IMG/VR virus record: IMGVR_UViG_3300027754_000034
Location: 1 to 64,000 of that record
Direction: 5' to 3' (one strand)
DNA: 64,000 nt
In this document: one piece after another, positions 60,880-64,000 of the stretch
Layout of the letters: every line of letters begins with the position of its first letter
How positions within the stretch are numbered: the first letter of the stretch is position 1
Notes under the pieces: model-generated
Told to the model about the DNA's origin: nothing
The model's database searches: none
The model's input: only the letters and a program-made list of their open reading frames with translations
Position numbers and translations under genes: made by a program

Positions 60880-63800
60880 TATGATAACCCCGCATCAGGA
60901 AGCTTTTCTGCGATTATATCTGGAGCCCAATACACCAGCTCCATAAACGAGTCTGCTACTAAATTAACGAATGGTGTAGAAGATCCTTGTCCGGCCAGTA
61001 TCGTTGGTTCAGCTACGGATCCTTTCTTTTTGGCTATTGGAAATAAATTTCTAGTATCCATTGATAACGCTATCCCGGTAGAAATAACGGTAACTGCAAC
61101 CGAAATAGTGAATTTAACCGGTGTTGGAGATTTCACTACAGCCCATAGACTGGCGAAACTTGTAAACGATACTCTGTTAGTTGAAAATCCTGATTGGTAT
61201 GCTGTAGCGAGCCGAACTCCGGAGGGTTTTCTAAAATTAGCGTCACCTACGTTTGGTTCAGACTCTAGAGTAGAAATATCTGGAAACAATGCAATACTGA
61301 CGGCTATCGGCTTTCCGATGGCAAATCCTCGGGTAAGCCTTGGCCGGGATATCACAAGAGGAATTGTTACCCAAAGCCCAGATAGGAAAGGCGGCTATCT
61401 CGATTTAGCTTGGGAGGATGGGAGACATGTAACTGCCATCAATAATGTTTATTATACTAATGCTGATGCAGACAAACCATTTGTACAATCCATACCGACA
61501 GGTCAACCAATATTTGGTCGGTTATCGAAAACCGATTTACCGTCCTTAAACATTGATTGGTATTCAAAGTGTGAAGGTTCAGACCCACTTCGCTCAGCAT
61601 TTTCCGATTTCTCTTTATTGGGCGGTGGTGAGGACATAGAAATCTCCTACACCGACATTTACGGAAACACCAATTGCCAGTTTACCACTATATTTAGTAC
61701 TACTCCTACTACTTTTCAGGATGTAGCTGATGAGATAAATAACTCCTGGAATGTGGTTTCCAGGGGCCTAAGAGCCACAGTCATATCTGTGGTAGTGGCT
61801 CCATATATAGTATTCACTAATTTGACGTTAAAACTGAATGGTAATGCTCAAATAGTAGTTACATTAAATGGAACTCAAAAGACTGTCAGTCAAATAATCA
61901 CTCACATAAACAACGAAATTGCTGCCGCTGGACAAGCGGCGCAAGGTGAGGCTTTCAACGCTGGCGGTGGAAGATTTGGGATTCGGTCTTTATCTGCGGC
62001 TGTCGGTGAAACATCTACCATAGAAATAATCAGTACTAGTGATTTCGATGGGGAAAGAACCCTAGGACTTCCCATTGGTCTATATAAGGGCTGGGAACTG
62101 TGTAGAGTCGTTGGTGCAGAAATACAAATAGACCCGCCATCACCATCCGTTATATATGAAATATCGGCTGGAGGTACGGCCATTCTTCCGTTAGGTCTTA
62201 CTTCTTATCCAGTTAGTCCTATTAAGACTACTATTGTCAACAGATTCATAAAGTCAGAGTTTCCTTATTACGATTCGAAAGTACCTAGCACTAATGCTAT
62301 TTCTATACTAATTCCGGAATTAATGGAAGCCGGAGATATTCCGGATAATATTTTTACTAAAGAACGTTTTGCTGATCTTGTATCACCTAATTCTTATAAA
62401 TACCCCCTTGCTGTAGATAACACGAATGCTGCTAGATTCGGGCAACAAGCCCGTTATGGCCTAGACGGTTATATTCAACCTGAGACTCTTCCCTATGACC
62501 TAGGAAGCGTAAAGGTAGGGAAGTTCATATTTAATATAAATAGCGCTTCTTTATTGATGTTCGAATATACAAAAAATGGTCAGGATCTATTCATAGAGGC
62601 TTTTAATGCAGGAAATCCTTCAGTACGTCATTATGTAATTGACGATCAAGCTGAAAATCCTGGTTATTTAATAACTGTAAATGTAGAGAAAACCGCAGCG
62701 AACACTTACACACCAGATGTAGACCCTGACCCTTCCACCATCCTAGAACTTTCGGATAGATTCTTGGGTTATAGCATCAGGAATATTAATTCTGGAGCTT
62801 ATACACTAGGTGTCCATGACTTTACACTGTTAGGAGACATAACCTCTGACTCTAGAACTCTTCAATTCGGATTAGCGACTTTATTATACTGGAAAACAGG
62901 TCCGGCAAATATTTTTGATGAAAACATATTTAATACCCCGGGCGCAGATATAGTTAAGTTTACTAGTCCCTTAGCAGATAATGAAGGTGACAGTGCGATC
63001 CGCCTCGCAGATAAGATTACCTCTAATAGTACGATATTTTCAATACTTAATGCTAGATTAGAAGTCACATGTGGTGATGGAATAAATTCATATGGAGATT
63101 TCAACGGTTCTGACGCCATTTTTAAAGCTTGGCAGTATTTACATAATGATCCCGCAGATGAAAGACCTGTCGTAATCAAGATTAAAGAAGGCACATATAC
63201 TAATGCTGTTACTCTGACATTCACACGCAGTGTGACTATTGAAGGAATAGCTAAGGATAAAGTATCCATAAATCGCACTACTCCAGGGGCTACTTTAAGA
63301 TTCTTTAATACTCCAACGAACGCAAAGACTGACGTTATCTTAAGAAACCTATCCATTCTTAGTAACGAAAATTTTTGCATTTATAGTCGCGCAAATTTAC
63401 TGGTAGAAAACTGCTATCTAAATAATATAGCTATATTCGGTAATCAAGAAAATGTAATGTCCTCCTACTTAGCTCGATTCAGTAATTGTGAAATAGGTGC
63501 TTCCTCCGGTCTAAATATTCATCACAATATACATTTAATTTACGAAAATGACCCTTTACTACCTGAAAAGATTCCGCTTCCTCCAGTAGTATTCGATAAC
63601 TGTCTGATAAATAATAGTGATACCATTGATATAGGACTACTTAGAATTGACGGATCGTTTGACTATTCTGAGTTTTCAGGTGTTTATTTTGATAAATGCG
63701 TAATACGACTTGGAACCTATAGTAATGTTATTGCGCCTGACGGCATAAATACGAAAGGATTTAGAACTGAATATAATACTGGCCTAGTCGAACTACATCC

Positions 63801-64000
63801 CAAAACAGACGTCAGGACTGGTCCAGGGTTAGTAATTCATGAACTCAGATATGATAAGTGCCGTATAGAAGCATTAGATCAAAAATCTTTGATAATACAA
63901 CTTACTGGGGATATAACCAGTAAAGAGCATGCAGATTATGCATCTCCTTCTGATTGGGGTAAAATTGAAAATTTGACATTTGATGGTACTGAAGTATATG
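60817..64000 (+). CDS. Tailspike / receptor-binding protein 2, paralog of the preceding gene; truncated by the window end
   Basis: Manual translation from ATG 60817 is stop-free to 64000 (1061 codons): MTRPRSQQINDPVTRYSKIPLYDNP...WYSKCEGSDP...QQARYGLDGYIQ...VTCGDGINSYGDFNGSDAI...IKEGTY; collinear with tailspike 1. Confidence 0.9.
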   Translation, partial: MTRPRSQQINDPVTRYSKIPLYDNPASGSFSAIISGAQYTSSINESATKLTNGVEDPCPASIVGSATDPFFLAIGNKFLVSIDNAIPVEITVTATEIVNLTGVGDFTTAHRLAKLVNDTLLVENPDWYAVASRTPEGFLKLASPTFGSDSRVEISGNNAILTAIGFPMANPRVSLGRDITRGIVTQSPDRKGGYLDLAWEDGRHVTAINNVYYTNADADKPFVQSIPTGQPIFGRLSKTDLPSLNIDWYSKCEGSDPLRSAFSDFSLLGGGEDIEISYTDIYGNTNCQFTTIFSTTPTTFQDVADEINNSWNVVSRGLRATVISVVVAPYIVFTNLTLKLNGNAQIVVTLNGTQKTVSQIITHINNEIAAAGQAAQGEAFNAGGGRFGIRSLSAAVGETSTIEIISTSDFDGERTLGLPIGLYKGWELCRVVGAEIQIDPPSPSVIYEISAGGTAILPLGLTSYPVSPIKTTIVNRFIKSEFPYYDSKVPSTNAISILIPELMEAGDIPDNIFTKERFADLVSPNSYKYPLAVDNTNAARFGQQARYGLDGYIQPETLPYDLGSVKVGKFIFNINSASLLMFEYTKNGQDLFIEAFNAGNPSVRHYVIDDQAENPGYLITVNVEKTAANTYTPDVDPDPSTILELSDRFLGYSIRNINSGAYTLGVHDFTLLGDITSDSRTLQFGLATLLYWKTGPANIFDENIFNTPGADIVKFTSPLADNEGDSAIRLADKITSNSTIFSILNARLEVTCGDGINSYGDFNGSDAIFKAWQYLHNDPADERPVVIKIKEGTYTNAVTLTFTRSVTIEGIAKDKVSINRTTPGATLRFFNTPTNAKTDVILRNLSILSNENFCIYSRANLLVENCYLNNIAIFGNQENVMSSYLARFSNCEIGASSGLNIHHNIHLIYENDPLLPEKIPLPPVVFDNCLINNSDTIDIGLLRIDGSFDYSEFSGVYFDKCVIRLGTYSNVIAPDGINTKGFRTEYNTGLVELHPKTDVRTGPGLVIHELRYDKCRIEALDQKSLIIQLTGDITSKEHADYASPSDWGKIENLTFDGTEVY

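Noticed and set aside
6997-63380. Numerous short minus-strand ORFs nested in long plus-strand genes
   Set aside because: Fully overlapped antisense frames with no motifs; those at 60861-63380 are shadows of tailspike 2.

Overview
This AT-rich window (standard genetic code; TAA, TAG and TGA all used as stops) looks like the tail/baseplate/fibre module of a large contractile-tailed (jumbo-type) bacteriophage. Product calls come from motif recognition and gene order, not database searches. Almost all genes are on the + strand: tube-like protein, two chaperone-position genes, tape measure, two tube-initiator-like proteins (one carrying a lytic transglycosylase-like insert), hub, spike, putative spike tip, very large wedge proteins, gp25-like, baseplate J-like and gpI-like proteins, tail-collar protein, two paralogous fibre-anchor proteins and two tandem paralogous beta-helix tailspikes. 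No capsid, terminase, sheath, tRNA, rRNA or CRISPR is visible. Two large genes missing from the ORF track run off the window edges: a minus-strand collagen-like gene with 51-aa repeats (2128 to <1) and a second tailspike (60817 to >64000). The most unusual locus is 44613-47446. It holds a single-chain Zn-finger / 17-aa Trp-repeat / Vsr-DUF559-like endonuclease / Mom-like GNAT protein bounded by ends X (32 bp) and Y (87 bp). It is followed immediately by a second X...Y' unit whose interior is unrelated cargo, which resembles an autonomous element plus a cargo-carrying derivative. Other highlights are His-pair helical repeats that occur only in multiples of three, a 72-bp perfect direct repeat at the starts of the two tailspikes, and long intergenic hairpins.
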